This document shows positions 51,426-61,371 of a DNA stretch of 64,000 bases, piece by piece. The position numbers and the translations under genes were made by a program. Source of the stretch: Dendrobates tinctorius. Taxonomy: Eukaryota. The stretch spans positions 248,001-312,000 of the forward strand of contig NW_027361688.1 in the NCBI RefSeq assembly GCF_039654945.1, given 5' to 3'. Every line of letters begins with the position of its first letter. The stretch's first letter is position 1. The notes under the pieces are model-generated. The model was not told the origin of the DNA, did no database searches, and saw only the letters and a program-made list of their open reading frames with translations.

Positions 51426-53321
51426 ATGGCGTCTGCTGGTCTTGAAAAGGAGCTGGAATGTTCTATCTGTATGGACATTTATGAAGATCCTGTAACCCTG
51501 AGATGTGGACACAACTTCTGCTGGGACTGTATTGATCAGAATCTAAATGCACAGGAAGAGTCTGGAGTTTATTCCTGTCCTGAATGCAGAGAAGAGTTTC
51601 AGGAGCCGCCGACAATGATGAGGAACATAACTCTATGTAATGTGGTGGAGAACTTCCTGTCTACTCAGCTACATCAGGAGGAGATCACCGGGATCTACTG
51701 CACTTACTGCATTCACTCTCCTGTACCTGCTGTTAGATCCTGTCTACACTGCGAGGCTTCTTTGTGTGATAATCACCTGAGAGTTCACAGCAAAGGAGCA
51801 GAACACGTCCTCACTGATCCCAGCACTTCTCTGGAGACCAGGAGATGTTCTGTCCATAATGAACTCTTGAAGTATTACTGCACTGTCGACGCGGCTTGTG
51901 TCTGTGTGTCCTGCTGTCTGATTGGAGAACACAAGGGACATAAGTTGGAGTCTCTGGATGAGGCTTCTGAGAAGAAGAAGAAAAAGCTTAGAAATGTTCT
52001 GAAGAAATTGAACATAAAGAGAGAGAAAGCTGTGGAAGAAGATAGATGTCTGAAAACGAGCAGGAGAAAAGCTCAAGATAAAGCATCTGGAGAAGCCCAG
52101 AGAGTCAATTCCCTGTTTACAGACATCAGGAGACGGGTGGACAACCTGGAGAACAGTATCCTCAGTGAGATCTTCTGGCGGGAAGACCAGGAGTCACTGT
52201 CTGATGTGATCCAGAAGCTGCAAATAAAGAAGGACGAGCTGTCCAGGAAGATGAGGCACATTGAGGAGCTGTGTAACATGACGGATCCACTGACTGTCTT
52301 ACAGGAACCAGACACCGGTGACTTGTGTGATCCTGAGGAGGAGGATGAAGGTGATGAGGACACAGGAGGACATGATGGAGGTGATGAGACCACAGGAGGA
52401 CATGATGGAGGTGATGAGACCACAGGAGGACATGATGGAGGTGATGAGACCACAGGAGGACATGATGGAGGTGATGAGGCCACAGGAGGACATGATGGAG
52501 GTGATGAGACCACAGGAGGACATGATGGAGGTGATGAGACCACAGGAGGACATGATGGAGGTGATGAGGACACAGGAGGACATGATGGAGGTGATGAGGA
52601 CACAGGGAGACATGATGGACATGATTACACAGGGGGACATGATGGTGATCGGGGTGCGGAGCTGATCTCACACATATCACACACATTATCTGCTATGATA
52701 AGAGATATAAATGTGATCTTCTATGGACAGGATCCTGCAGACATATTACTGGATGTAAACACGGCTGCTAATAGACTCCTTATATCAGACGACCTGAAAA
52801 CTGTGACCTGGACATGGAATATGCAGAATCGTCCAGAAACAGCAGAGAGATTCCAATACAATCAGGTGATGAGCAGGAGGAGATTTGCCTCAGGACGACA
52901 TTGCTGGGATGTGCAGATCGGAAAGACCAAATTGTGGGGTGTGGGGATGTGTTACCCCAGTATAGACAGGAGGGGGCGTCAGTCATACATTGGATGTAAC
53001 AACAAGTCCTGGGGTTTATTTAGCGGGATGGTTTTTAATAATCGGTCTGCAGTGAAACAAAACAGTAAAGTGATCCTGTTAACTCACCAGATCTCCAGTG
53101 ATAGAGTCAGGATCTGTCTGGATTATGAGGCCGGGCAGCTGTCCTTTTATGAGCTGTGTGACCCCATCAGACACTTACACACCTTCACTGCCGCCTTCTC
53201 CGAGCCTCTACATGCTGTGTTATATGTATGGGGAGGATTTATAAAGATATCAGGGGGAGAAGCTGTGAGGAGCCGTAAACGTAGAAGAATCTGCCTTGAG
53301 AATGGTGACATCATAGGTTGA
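51426..53321 (+). CDS. TRIM-C: intronless TRIM, recent paralog of TRIM-B, 631 aa
   Basis: RING, B-box and PRY-SPRY motifs; coiled coil nearly identical to TRIM-B; identical C-terminal tail; an in-frame upstream ATG at 51387 is not conserved in frame in TRIM-B. Confidence 0.93.
   Translation: MASAGLEKELECSICMDIYEDPVTLRCGHNFCWDCIDQNLNAQEESGVYSCPECREEFQEPPTMMRNITLCNVVENFLSTQLHQEEITGIYCTYCIHSPVPAVRSCLHCEASLCDNHLRVHSKGAEHVLTDPSTSLETRRCSVHNELLKYYCTVDAACVCVSCCLIGEHKGHKLESLDEASEKKKKKLRNVLKKLNIKREKAVEEDRCLKTSRRKAQDKASGEAQRVNSLFTDIRRRVDNLENSILSEIFWREDQESLSDVIQKLQIKKDELSRKMRHIEELCNMTDPLTVLQEPDTGDLCDPEEEDEGDEDTGGHDGGDETTGGHDGGDETTGGHDGGDETTGGHDGGDEATGGHDGGDETTGGHDGGDETTGGHDGGDEDTGGHDGGDEDTGRHDGHDYTGGHDGDRGAELISHISHTLSAMIRDINVIFYGQDPADILLDVNTAANRLLISDDLKTVTWTWNMQNRPETAERFQYNQVMSRRRFASGRHCWDVQIGKTKLWGVGMCYPSIDRRGRQSYIGCNNKSWGLFSGMVFNNRSAVKQNSKVILLTHQISSDRVRICLDYEAGQLSFYELCDPIRHLHTFTAAFSEPLHAVLYVWGGFIKISGGEAVRSRKRRRICLENGDIIG
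52345..52650 (+). repeat. Coding 30-bp minisatellite in TRIM-C (~10 near-identical units)
   Basis: GGACATGATGGAGGTGATGAGACCACAGGA repeats, encoding GHDGGDETTG. Confidence 0.92.
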
Positions 53322-54547
53322 ACTATCCAGATCTCCACACCTTATGGGCTATGGACACCTCTGATTTTGAAATAATTTTTTTTGTCCTACTGTTACTGGT
53401 GTCTTGAGTTCCTCTAGTGTTCAGGCTGCAATCTTAATTCCGACATTAATGTTTAGACCTCCTGTTATGCAGTTTATAAACTGTTCCTAGTTTCAGATTT
53501 TTCTCTTGTGGTCGTGTCCCTCTCAGTAATACAGGCTGGATGTGATGTCTTTGAGTTAGCACAGCTTCATTCCTGGACTGATTTCTCCTTGTGACTCATA
53601 GCAGCAGAATGGTAAAAAAAAATAATGTGTTATGAAGATTACTCAGAAAGGAAACGAACATGAAACATACGGCGTGAAGGTGTCCATATTATTAAAGCCC
53701 ACACATTTTACCCATATATTATAGCGTGGTTTATTATAAAAGTATAATGTCGAGACTTTTGTATATCGCTTTTTTAGCTGATGTGTTATTCTCAGAATTG
53801 TATTATTTGTCACAAAGTACAGTAAATGCATACTTATTGGAATATTCTGATTGAACACAACATAAAGTTTCTTTCTTACAGCCTGTGTCTTTTTTTTTCT
53901 CTCCTTCCCTCTGTGAATCCAGTGTTACATAGCTGAATGGGTGGTCCTATTCTTACACTGCCAAAACTACATTTCCCAGCAGCTCTTGCTTCTCCTCAGT
54001 GCTGCAGAGCCCTCCCTCCCCTGTGTGCTGCTGACCGGCCTTACCTCTCAGTGCAGTTGGGGGAGGAGGACTGTAATCCAAAGAACAATTGGTGGGAATG
54101 TGGGAGCTGCCAGGGGAGATCTAGAGATGATCGGATCTAATCTTGTAGCTCATAGGAAGTCCTCAACATGGAAGGGATTGATATTCAGGCTGAACAGGGG
54201 GATCATGTACGGGGTCTACATGACACATTTGCACTTTTTTTAGGTTGAATACTGAAAAGATATAGCTGAGCTGGGATGAGGCGGATTACACTAATGGCTG
54301 GCACTGCATTGATTAAGGAGACTGCCACTGACTGTTGTGCCTCTCTTCCCCTCCCCTTCCATCATAGTGTCTGGTTCTGCCCACTTACGTTCTGGTGGGG
54401 TTGGGGTTAAAAATTATGGGACCAATGGGAGGAGGAAGGGGGTAGCACAGCCCCTTCCTGTGGGATATATAGCAGTGCATCCGAGGCCGCCCTCCCTCTT
54501 TCCTCCTGGAAGCACATCCTGGAAGTGCTTGTTTGGAATCACTTTCC

Positions 54548-56623
54548 ATGGCAGATCCCCTTATTGAGGCTCTGCGCTTGCGAGTGCAGCAGGAGTGGGA
54601 GTCGTGGCTCCACAGCGAGTTGGCAGGTATAGGGGCTCACCTGGGAGCTTCTCAGGCTCCTGCTGCTGTAGGGGTCCCGGGTCCGGTCACCGATTCCCTG
54701 ACTGAGGGATTGACCACCGCCGTGGTGGTTCATGCTAAGCAGCCGGAGGCGGTGGGGCTGCAGGGAGGTAGGCGGTCCGCACGGCGCTCCCGCCCTCCGT
54801 TGTGGCTGACAGATGCCTTGCCGGCCGCTGGGTCTCGGCGGCGCGCGGCAAGGCGGAAGTCCCCGCCCCCCGACTTCCGGCCCTGCATCACGGGGAAGGC
54901 AGCGCCGGCTACACGTGTCAGCGGTGCGCGCCGGGTTAGTGGGGAGCCGCTGCACTGCCTGTCGCCGGCCGGGAACCGGGTTCCGGTGCCCACGATAGCG
55001 GCGGTAGTGGGGAGTGGGTTAGGGGCGCGGCGGGGGATAAGAAACTTTACTGGAGCACGGGGGCGTAGGATGGGAGGGAGGCATAGCGCTACATCCTCCG
55101 CTTCTGCGGAGGAACCGGGAAGTGTTCAGCCCCCGGTGCAAAGAGGGGGAGAAGGGAATTCACCCAGGGGAGGTCAGGCTTCGGCCCCAATGGGTGTCCT
55201 GCCACTTTCGCCCCCCACGGGGTTGGTTCTGGTGGGCGGTACTGGGCCCGCCCCTGCCACACAGGTGGGAAGCTTACAAGGGGAATTGGGTCAGAGCACG
55301 GCTTCGGCTCCTGCCGTTGCCGGGGGTAGCGGGGAGGCTTTCTCGGCGGGGACGGCTGGCACGTACCCCCCGGAGGGGAGGCGGGACAGGCGTAGGCGCC
55401 GGAGATCCTCCTCCTCTTCCTCCTACTCCTCTTCCCCGCGGTCGCGTCATCAGGGGCGGCATGCTTCAAGGAGGCGCAGAAAATCACGGCGTTCAGGCCA
55501 CAGCGTGTCATCTAGGGGCCACCGCCACACCCGGTCCTCGAGGCGTGGCTCTCCGTCTCCAGCGTCTGGGGCGTCGGGCACGTCTGTGAGTCCCAAACAT
55601 GCTCTCAATCCTCCTGGGCGCCGGGAGTCGAGGGTTCCGTCAAGGACTTCCAACCTGGCTGCGTTGAACGCACTTCCTGAGGCTACAAGTCATCACAGCA
55701 GCATCCAGGCAGGTTATTCGGGAGCCGGAGTTCCTCCATCTATGGGAGTCCCTCCTCCAATGGCGAATCCGGGTGAGTGTTCCCTGCTGGGTTCTTCAAG
55801 TGTGGATAATGCAACGGTGATTTCTGTTTTGAGAGCGTTGGTCGGGCAATTGCCCCCCGCAGCTAATGCGGGTAAGGAGGGTAACAAGGTTGATTCCTCG
55901 CTTGCCGGGGTGTACAAGGACGCCATGTTCTGCGGGGTTAGTGCGCTGGGTTCGCACTTGGACGAGGATACTAAAGAGAAAATTTGGAGTAATGAATATG
56001 TGGATATTTGGTCGCTGATTGCGGTGGACCAACATACCGTGGACAAGGAAAGGAGACCTGTGGAAAGGTTTGCGGATAGAGTGCGCCCGAAAGTGGCGAG
56101 GAATATGAATAATTGGCTGCAAGCATTTGCCGTATTGGGTTGTGTTATGGGTCAGAAGCACCCGGGTAGATGTTCAGAGTTGTTCATTTATCAGGATATG
56201 ATCTACAACTCGTACAAGGCTCACGGTGGGTCTGCGTGGTGGAGGTATGACGAGGAATTTAGGAGGCGGTTAGCTATTCATCCGGAGATTGGTTGGGGGG
56301 TTAAGGCGACTGAGGTATGGCTGCGTCTTATGATGACGCAGAAACAACCCCCCTTTCCAACAGCGGCCGCTAGACAGGGTTCGTCGGGTTCCAGTTCAGT
56401 GGTCGTACGGAGACCCGGTACCTGTTGGCTGTTTAATGAGGGACACTGTCGATTCTACGGTCTCTGCAAATTCCGGCATGAATGTTCCTCATGCGGAGGT
56501 TCCCACCCGGCGGCTAGATGCTCCCGCCCTGCGGGAAAGTTGCCAGTCAAGCCGCAGCCAACTGAGAGGAAGGACACCGGTGAACGTAGTCGCGATGGGA
56601 CCGTGGTTAGACCGGTATCCTAA
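54548..56623 (+). CDS. Ngaro ORF1 (Gag-like, 691 aa): low-complexity RS-rich N-half, C-terminal zinc fingers
   Basis: Intact ORF; KIWSNEYVDIWSL and WWRYDEEFRRR blocks; CWLFNEGHCRFYGLCKFRHECSSCGGSHPAARC (CCCH plus CCHC-like). Confidence 0.85.
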   Translation: MADPLIEALRLRVQQEWESWLHSELAGIGAHLGASQAPAAVGVPGPVTDSLTEGLTTAVVVHAKQPEAVGLQGGRRSARRSRPPLWLTDALPAAGSRRRAARRKSPPPDFRPCITGKAAPATRVSGARRVSGEPLHCLSPAGNRVPVPTIAAVVGSGLGARRGIRNFTGARGRRMGGRHSATSSASAEEPGSVQPPVQRGGEGNSPRGGQASAPMGVLPLSPPTGLVLVGGTGPAPATQVGSLQGELGQSTASAPAVAGGSGEAFSAGTAGTYPPEGRRDRRRRRRSSSSSSYSSSPRSRHQGRHASRRRRKSRRSGHSVSSRGHRHTRSSRRGSPSPASGASGTSVSPKHALNPPGRRESRVPSRTSNLAALNALPEATSHHSSIQAGYSGAGVPPSMGVPPPMANPGECSLLGSSSVDNATVISVLRALVGQLPPAANAGKEGNKVDSSLAGVYKDAMFCGVSALGSHLDEDTKEKIWSNEYVDIWSLIAVDQHTVDKERRPVERFADRVRPKVARNMNNWLQAFAVLGCVMGQKHPGRCSELFIYQDMIYNSYKAHGGSAWWRYDEEFRRRLAIHPEIGWGVKATEVWLRLMMTQKQPPFPTAAARQGSSGSSSVVVRRPGTCWLFNEGHCRFYGLCKFRHECSSCGGSHPAARCSRPAGKLPVKPQPTERKDTGERSRDGTVVRPVS

Positions 56624-57951
56624 TAAAGAGGCGGCTGGTCAGTTGCGTTTTGGGTTGTCGGAGGGTTTTTTCATCCCGTTTCGATTGCATAGGTCCCCTG
56701 GTTTTTCTGAAAATTTGACGTCGGCTCGGGAACATCCTGATGTTTGTTTTCGACAGGGCTGTGGCCTTGATTAGGAGCGCGGGGGAAGGAGCATGGTTGG
56801 CGAAATCGGATATCGATTCGGCTTTTCGCCTGTTGCCGGTGCATCCGGATTGTTTTCATTTGTTGGGTTGTCAGGTTGCAGGAGAATTTTATTTTGACAT
56901 GTGTCTTCCCATGGGGTGTTCTATTTCGTGCTACTACTTTGAGCCTTTTAGTTCTTTTCTGGAATGGGTAGTTAGATGTGAAGCAGGAGTCAGGTCAGTT
57001 ACTCACTATTTGGATGATTTCCTTTTTGTAGGCCCGAAGGACTCGGATGTGTGTCACAGGTTGCTCGCTGCGTTCACGGCTATGGCAAAGGAATTTGGCG
57101 TTCCTCTGTTTCCAGAGAAGACGATTGGCCCGGTTAGCATTTTGTCGTTTCTTGGAATTGAAATTGATACGGTAGCGATGGTTTTCCGCTTGCCTGTGGA
57201 CAAGATTCAAAAATTGGTTTCCTTGATTTCGGGTTTTCTGTCTGTTTGGAAGGTCACCCTGTTGCAGATGCAATCATTGCTAGGTTTGTTGGTTTTTGCA
57301 TGCAGGGTCATGCCGGTGGGCAGGGTTTTCTCGCGACGGCTGTCGCTGGCTACAAAAGGTGCCTCTAGCCCGCACCACAGGGTGTGGGTCACGAGGGCCA
57401 TGAAGGCGGATTTGGAAGTGTGGCTTTCTTTTTTGCAGTCATTTAATGGTCATACTTGTTTCATGTTACCGCGCCGGACGGCTCAGGAATTGGATTTGTT
57501 TACGGAAGGCGATGTAGTGGCAGGTTTCGTGGCTGGATTTGGCAGACGACACTGTCGGGAGGGCTGGCCGGAGTCGTGGTCTAAGACGGGCCTTTGTCAG
57601 GACAAGACGCTATGTGAGATTTTTCCAATCGTGGTTTTGTTTGAGTTGTGGGGTGAGTTTCTGTGCAATCAGGAAATTCAGTTGCGGTCTGACAACCCGG
57701 GTGTGGTTCGCTGTATCAATCACATGTCGTCCAGGTCGTTGCCGGTTTTGGGCCTACTGCGTAGACTTGCCCTACTATGTTTGAGGTTCAACATTTGGCT
57801 TCGGGGTCAGTTGGTGCATGGGCAGGATGGTTTGTTCTCTAATCTTTCTGATTTCTCTGTTTTTCAGGTCTCCACGGTGCATGGCCCCAATGTCAGTCCG
57901 GAGGATTTCAAATGCCCGTTGGTCCTGTGGGATGCGGTCGGGAACAGTTGA
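56570..57951 (+). pseudogene. Ngaro RT/RNase H with a frameshifting deletion at ~56743
   Basis: RTPV...SAREHPDV in one frame, then FDRAV, KSDIDSAFRLLPVHP, LPMGCSIS and HYLDDF in another; RNase H motifs degenerate (LFTEG, SDN). Confidence 0.85.
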
Positions 57952-58595
57952 TGTCCCTTGTCCGCTCCTCGGTGTCTCAATCGACCTGGCATGCATATGG
58001 TTCCATCAGACCGACCGTTTGGTTGCTGGGACATTCTTATATATTCTGGGCTGCGCAACTTGCTGAGTGTCGCCCAGGTGGATGGCACCTTGGATTCCGG
58101 GATGTGGAGTTCATGTGGAGAGGCGTTAGGGGCCTGCAATGGCCGCAGGTCTTGCCTGAGGTCATTTCGGTGGCAAGAGGAGCTCGGGGTCCTGTTATTT
58201 TGATTCTCCACGCGGGGGGAAATGACCTGTGCTCCTACAAAGTGGCGGAGTTGTTGACGATGATGCGGGCTGATATGGAATGGTTCCATAGTTTCTTCCA
58301 AGAACTAGTTTTGGTGTGGTCCGAGATTGTCCCGAGGGCGGTGTGGCAAGGGGCTCGTGATGGGATGGCGGTTGAACGATCAAGGAGATCGATTAATGCT
58401 CGTGTTTCTAAATTTGTGCGTGATAGGTTTGGTGTGGTAGTACGGCACCGACAGTTGGAAGGGGACAACAGCGCCCTGTTAAGGCCTGATGGGGTTCATT
58501 TAAACGATATCGGGCTCGATATATTCCTATCCGGATTGCAGGATGGTGTGGAGCAGGCTTTGTTATTGATGGGTGGGGGTCGGAGTCCTGTTTAG
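57912..58595 (+). CDS. SGNH/GDSL hydrolase ORF fused to the first residues of the YR ORF
   Basis: SGNH blocks VWLLGHSY, WRGVRG, HAGGNDL and DGVHLN, preceded by MSLVRSSVSQSTWHAYG (resembles the start of DIRS/Ngaro YR ORFs). Confidence 0.85.
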   Translation: MPVGPVGCGREQLMSLVRSSVSQSTWHAYGSIRPTVWLLGHSYIFWAAQLAECRPGGWHLGFRDVEFMWRGVRGLQWPQVLPEVISVARGARGPVILILHAGGNDLCSYKVAELLTMMRADMEWFHSFFQELVLVWSEIVPRAVWQGARDGMAVERSRRSINARVSKFVRDRFGVVVRHRQLEGDNSALLRPDGVHLNDIGLDIFLSGLQDGVEQALLLMGGGRSPV

Positions 58596-59621
58596 AAACA
58601 GGATCCTCCGTGGCGGTGAAAGAAGGAATGGCACGGAATTACGGCTTGCTGGCTGACTTGCCTGCGGATATGGAGCAGGGCATTTGCGGCAAGCGCGTGT
58701 TAAGAGAAGTTATGTGCCTTCAAAATGGTGTTTAACAAAGCACTTAATAATGCTGTGACCGACCTTCACCCATCACTTGGTTTCTGAGTTGATTTATTTT
58801 GGGGGGGCAGAGGTAATGTGTGCGGGTTTGTCCCTGGGTTGCAACGTCTGGCTGGCACTGCACTGATTAAGGAGAGTGCCACAGACTGTTGAGCCTCTCT
58901 TCCCCTCCCCTTCCATCATAGTGTCTGGTTCTGCCCACTTACGTTCTGGTGGGGTTGGGGTTAAAAATTATGGGGCCAATGGGAGGAGGAAGGGGTAGCA
59001 CAGCCCCTTCCTGTGGGATATATAGCAGTGCATCCGAGGCCGCCCTCCCTCTTTCCTCCTGGAAGCACATCCTGGAAGTGCTTGTCCCACCCTCCCTCCC
59101 TGTTATGTGTACTATTAATGTTCCTTTTGTTCTGTTTTTTGTAGTTACAAGTCACAGCGGTAAAAGAAGGAATGGCACGGAATTACGGCTTGCTGGCTGA
59201 CTTGCCTGCGGATATGGAGCAGGGCATTTGCGGCAAGCGCGTGTTAAGAGAAGTTATGTGCCTTCAAAATGGTGTTTAACAAAGCATTTAATAAAGCTGT
59301 GACCGACCTTCACCCATCACTTGGTTTCTGAGTTGATTTATTTTGGGGGGGCAGAGGTAATGTGTGCGGGTTTGTCCCTGGGTCGCAACAGTCTGGATTA
59401 TATTATGCCTCATATAAAATCTAGTGCTTGTTTTTGCGTTTTTGGAGCGGGGGAGGGGAATTTTACTTTTCATTGGTTCTGTATATTTAGTGGGCGGTGT
59501 ACCAGGTGGTTAAATAAAGGACATAATAAGTAATAAGGTCCTTTCAACTTTTGTGGTTTTTAGCTGACATCCCTTATCAAAGTAAGGTGCCATAGCTTGT
59601 TCTCTCTGGTATCGTAGATAA

Positions 59622-61371
59622 TAATAATAATAATAATAAATTTTATTTTTATAGCGCCGACATATTCCGCAGCACTTTACATTTCAGAGGGGATTTGTAC
59701 AGACAATAGACATTACAGCATAACAATAATCACATACAGTAGATTATAACAAATACCAAGAGGAGTGAGGGCCCTGCTCGCAAGCTTACAGTCTATGAGG
59801 AAAGAGGTAGACACGAAAGGTGGGTGGTAACAGTTGCCCTGATTGTATGGACCAGCCATAATGTTAAGTGTGTAACAGTACAGACACAGAGGGCTAATGG
59901 ATGCATAAAGCATGTGGGAACATGATGCTGGGAACCTGGTTATGGTAAAATTTTTGGCTCTGCCACACAGGGATAGGTTAGGTTAATGTGTTGAGGCGAT
60001 AGGCCAGTCTGAATAAATGCGTTTTCAGGACACGCTTAAAATTGTGGGGACTGGGGACTAATCGTATTGACCTGGGAAGTGCATTCCAAAGAATTGGCGC
60101 GGCACGTGTAAAGTCTTGGAGACGGGAGTGGGAGGTTCTGACTATTGAGGATACTAACCTCAGGTCATCAGCAGAACGGAGGGCGCGGGTAGGGTGGTAT
60201 ACTGAAACAAGGGAGGAGATGTAGGGTGGTGCTGAGCCATGGAGGGCTTTGTGGGTGAGGGTAATAAGTTTATACTGAATTCTGGAGTGGATGGGTAGCC
60301 AGTGTAATGACTGGCACAAGGTAGAGGCATCGGTGTAACGATTGGTGAGGAATATGATCCTGGCTGCAGCATTCAAGACAGATTGGAGAGGGGAGAGTTT
60401 TGTAAGAGGGAGACCGATTAGAAGAGAGTTACAATAGTCGAGACGAGAATGAATAAGAGAAACAGTAAGAGTTTTTGCAGAGTCAAAAGTAAGAAAAGGT
60501 CGAATTCTAGAAATGTTTTTGAGGTGCAGATGACAAGAGCGAGCCAGTGATCGAATGTGGGGGGCAAAGGAAAGCTCGGAATCAAGTATGACCCCAAGAC
60601 AGCGGGCATGTTGCTGGGGAGTAATAGTGGAACCACAGACGGAAATGGCAATGTCGGGTGTAGGTACATTAGTAGCGGGAGGAAACACAAGGAGTTCAGT
60701 CTTTGATAGGTTCAGTTTCAGATATAGTGAGGACATGATATTAGACACAGCGTTTAGACAATCGCCAGTGTTTTCTAGAAAGGCTGGCGTGATGTCAGGA
60801 GAAGCAGCGTATAATTGGGTGTCATCAGCATAGAGATGGTACTGGAAACCAAATCTACTGATTGTTTGACCAATAGGGGCAGTGTACAAGGAGAAGAGGA
60901 GGGGGCCTAGAACCGATCCTTGAGGAACCCCAACAGTAAGAGGAAGGTGAGAGGAGGAGGAACCGGCAAAAGAAACAGTAAAGGAGCGGTCGGAGAGATA
61001 GGAGGAGAACCAGGAGAGAACGGTGTCCTTGAGGCCAATGGAACGGAGCATAGTGAGGAGGAGCTGATGATCCACAGTGTCGAATGCTGCAGAGAGATCC
61101 AAGAGAATTAGCATGGAGTAATGACCATTTGATTTAGCTGTTAGCAGATCATTAGAGACTTTAGTGAGGGCAGTTTCAGTGGAGTGTAAAGAGCGGAAAC
61201 CGGATTGGAGAGGGTCGAGAACAGAGTTTTCTGAGAGATAGCGGATAAGACGGGAGTGGACCAGGCGTTCCAGGAGTTTAGAGATGAAGGGAAGATTAGA
61301 GACAGGTCTATAGTTAGCGGCACAATTTTGGTCGAGGGATGGTTTTTTAAGTAGTGGATGTATGATGGCAT
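59622..61371 (-). mobile_element. Young 5'-truncated L2 LINE with an open RT C-terminal frame (378-aa ORF 59978-61114)
   Basis: [26 protein letters not shown] and LHWLP; (AAT)n tail; TSD-like ATCGTAGATAA (59611-59621) / ATCATAGATAA (61370-61380); empty site at ~31237-31250. Confidence 0.93.

Larger units (their letters stand above)
54298..59396 (+). mobile_element. Ngaro-type (DIRS order) tyrosine-recombinase retrotransposon, defective copy
   Basis: Split direct repeats A1 54298-54532, B1 58613-58851, A2 58852-59085, B2 59157-59396; Gag-like ORF, RT/RNase H and SGNH hydrolase; no conventional TSD; empty site at 31015-31017. Confidence 0.92.

Noticed and set aside
54533-56623. 696-aa ORF as a host gene
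   Set aside because: It lies within the split direct repeats and overlaps the RT frame; it is the element's ORF1
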